NCBI GenBank assembly: GCA_963695095.1
Contig: CAVOFT010000001.1
Coordinates: 2,400,001-2,464,000, forward strand
Direction of reading: 5' to 3'
Length of the DNA stretch: 64,000 nucleotides
From: an uncultured bacterium
Lineage (GTDB): Bacteria; Krumholzibacteriota; Krumholzibacteriia; JACNKJ01
The notes beneath the pieces are model-generated. The model was not told the origin of the DNA and made no database searches. It saw only the letters and a list, made by a program, of their open reading frames with translations. The stretch's first letter is position 1, and each line of letters opens with the position of its first letter. A program made the translations under genes and the position numbers. This document shows positions 62,480 through 64,000 of the stretch, piece after piece.

Positions 62480-64000
62480 CTAGCGGCTCACCGCCGCCAC
62501 CAGGTCCCGTCCGGTCTCCAGGGCGGTGATCTCGTGCTGCTCGCGGTGCAGACGCGGGTCGTCGAGCAGGTGCAGCTCCACCTTGTGGGCCTCCTGGATC
62601 TCCCCGAAGATGCCCAGGCGACTGCCCCGGATGAAGTGGGCCAGCACCGGGTTGACGCGGATCTGGTACTTGCGCTCGCGGCAGCGCGTGGCGATGCGGC
62701 GGATCGTCGTCTCCAGCTTGTTGGTCAGGCTCTCCACGGACATGATGTGGCCGCGGCCCTCGCAGTAAGGGCAGTCCTCGCTGAAGATGTGCAGCAGGGT
62801 GGGCCGCACGCGCTTGCGGCTCATCTCGATCAGGCCCAGGGGACTGATGTCGAAGACCTTCGTGCGCGCGCGATCCTGGCGGATGTAGCGCTTCAGCTCG
62901 GCGACGACCTTCTTCTTGTCCTCCTCGCTCTCCATGTCGATGAAGTCGATGACGATGATGCCGCCGATGTCCCGCAGCCGCAGCTGGCGCGGGATCTCGC
63001 GGGCCGCCAGCAGATTCGTCTGCAGGATCGTCTCGGCCTGGTTGCGCTTGCCCACGTACTTGCCCGTGTTGATGTCGATCGAGGTGAGCGCCTCGGTGTG
63101 GTCGAAGACCAGGTAACCGCCCCGCTTGAGCCAGACCTGGCGCTGCAGGCTCTGCTCGAGCTCGGCGCGGACGCCGAAGGCGTCGAAGATGGGCAGCTCC
63201 TCGCGATAGTAGAGCACCCGGTTCTCCAGCTCGGGAGCAAAGGTGCGCACGTAGTCCACGAGCTGGGTATGCTCGACCTCGTGGTCGATGAGCAGGCGCT
63301 TGACCTCCTCGTTGAAAACGTCGCGCACGAGACCGATGACCAGGCCCACTTCCTCGCGCAAGCGCACCGGCGCGCGCCGGCCCTGGGTCTTCTCGACGAT
63401 CTCCTGGTGGCGCTGATGGAGCGCGCGCACGTCCTCTTCGAGCTGTTCCTCCTCGACGCGCTCGCCCGCGGTGCGCACGATCACGGCATAGCCTTTGGGC
63501 CGGCAGCGCTGGATGATGCGCTTCAGGCGCGTGCGCTCGTTGCGATCGAGGATCTTGCGGCTGACGCCGATGTAGTCCATGCCCGGCATGACGACGCAGA
63601 ACTTGCCGGGCAGGGAGAGCTGGGCGGTCAGGCGCGGCCCCTTGGTGCCGATGGGCTCCTTGGTGACCTGAACCACCACCTCGTCGCCCTTCTTGAGCAG
63701 GCTTTCGATGGGCGGGTAGCTGACGGTCTCCCGGCGGCCGCGGCTGCTGCGGCTGCCGCGCTCCTCGTCCACCTCCAGTTCCTTGAGCCGTTCGGCGTCG
63801 GCCTCGCCCCAGACGAGGTCCGAAACGTGCAGGAAGCCCGCCTTCTCGTAGCCGATATCGACGAAGGCGGCCTGGATGCCGGGCAGCACCGCCTTGACCA
63901 GGCCCTTGTAGACGTCGCCGACGATGTGCTTGCTATCGCCCCGCTCGACCAGGTACTCGACCAGCTCGTGGTTCTCGAGCACGGCCACCGCCACCTCGGT
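62480..64000 (-). CDS. rng: Rne/Rng family ribonuclease (RNase G-like); start lies outside the window
   Basis: VLPGIQAAFVDIG, GFLHVSD, VQVTKEPIGTKGPRL, TEALTSIDINTG, RQLRLRDIGGIIVIDFIDM, CPYC zinc link. Confidence 0.94.
   Translation of the reverse strand, partial: TEVAVAVLENHELVEYLVERGDSKHIVGDVYKGLVKAVLPGIQAAFVDIGYEKAGFLHVSDLVWGEADAERLKELEVDEERGSRSSRGRRETVSYPPIESLLKKGDEVVVQVTKEPIGTKGPRLTAQLSLPGKFCVVMPGMDYIGVSRKILDRNERTRLKRIIQRCRPKGYAVIVRTAGERVEEEQLEEDVRALHQRHQEIVEKTQGRRAPVRLREEVGLVIGLVRDVFNEEVKRLLIDHEVEHTQLVDYVRTFAPELENRVLYYREELPIFDAFGVRAELEQSLQRQVWLKRGGYLVFDHTEALTSIDINTGKYVGKRNQAETILQTNLLAAREIPRQLRLRDIGGIIVIDFIDMESEEDKKKVVAELKRYIRQDRARTKVFDISPLGLIEMSRKRVRPTLLHIFSEDCPYCEGRGHIMSVESLTNKLETTIRRIATRCRERKYQIRVNPVLAHFIRGSRLGIFGEIQEAHKVELHLLDDPRLHREQHEITALETGRDLVAAVSR

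Overview
A very GC-rich, gene-dense bacterial core-genome segment. Nearly all real genes are on the minus strand; only lptF and lptG are on the plus strand. LPS/Kdo genes, a SprA-type translocon, an Oar-like TonB-dependent receptor and HPr kinase together suggest a diderm of the FCB group (Krumholzibacteriota/Latescibacterota-like), which is inference only. In transcription order (right to left) the genes are: rng, rplU-rpmA, kdsB, pyrG-kdsA-kdsC-kdsD, lptC-lptB-rpoN, hpf-hprK, EIIA-EIIB-GH57-HPr-EI-PGI/PMI-nucleotidyltransferase-metK-ahcY-fluC, [lptF-lptG on +], sprA, rimP-nusA-ylxQ-infB-ylxP-rbfA-truB-ribF-rpsO-pnp-M16 peptidase-kinase-like gene, a histone H1-like gene, ktrB-ktrA-asnS-giant TPR protein-uvrA-gcvT-gcvH-gcvPA-gcvPB-lipoyl ligase-oppD-oppF, and a TonB-dependent receptor. 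I found no tRNA, rRNA, CRISPR array, mobile element or defence system. The best novelty candidate is a very compact pyrG leader. A sigma70-like promoter overlapping the kdsB stop codon has the T6-C7-C8-G9 start region of CTP-sensing E. coli pyrC, and C7 is the first base of an intrinsic terminator, suggesting a start-site-switch attenuator for CTP synthase. Other observations include a permease-less PTS relay with a GH57 gene where EIIC/EIID would sit, H1-like Lys/Ala repeats inside IF2, a UvrA lacking one zinc module, a decaying tandem repeat of the gcvT 3' end, two genes without canonical starts, and three or four single-base frameshifts that are most likely assembly errors.
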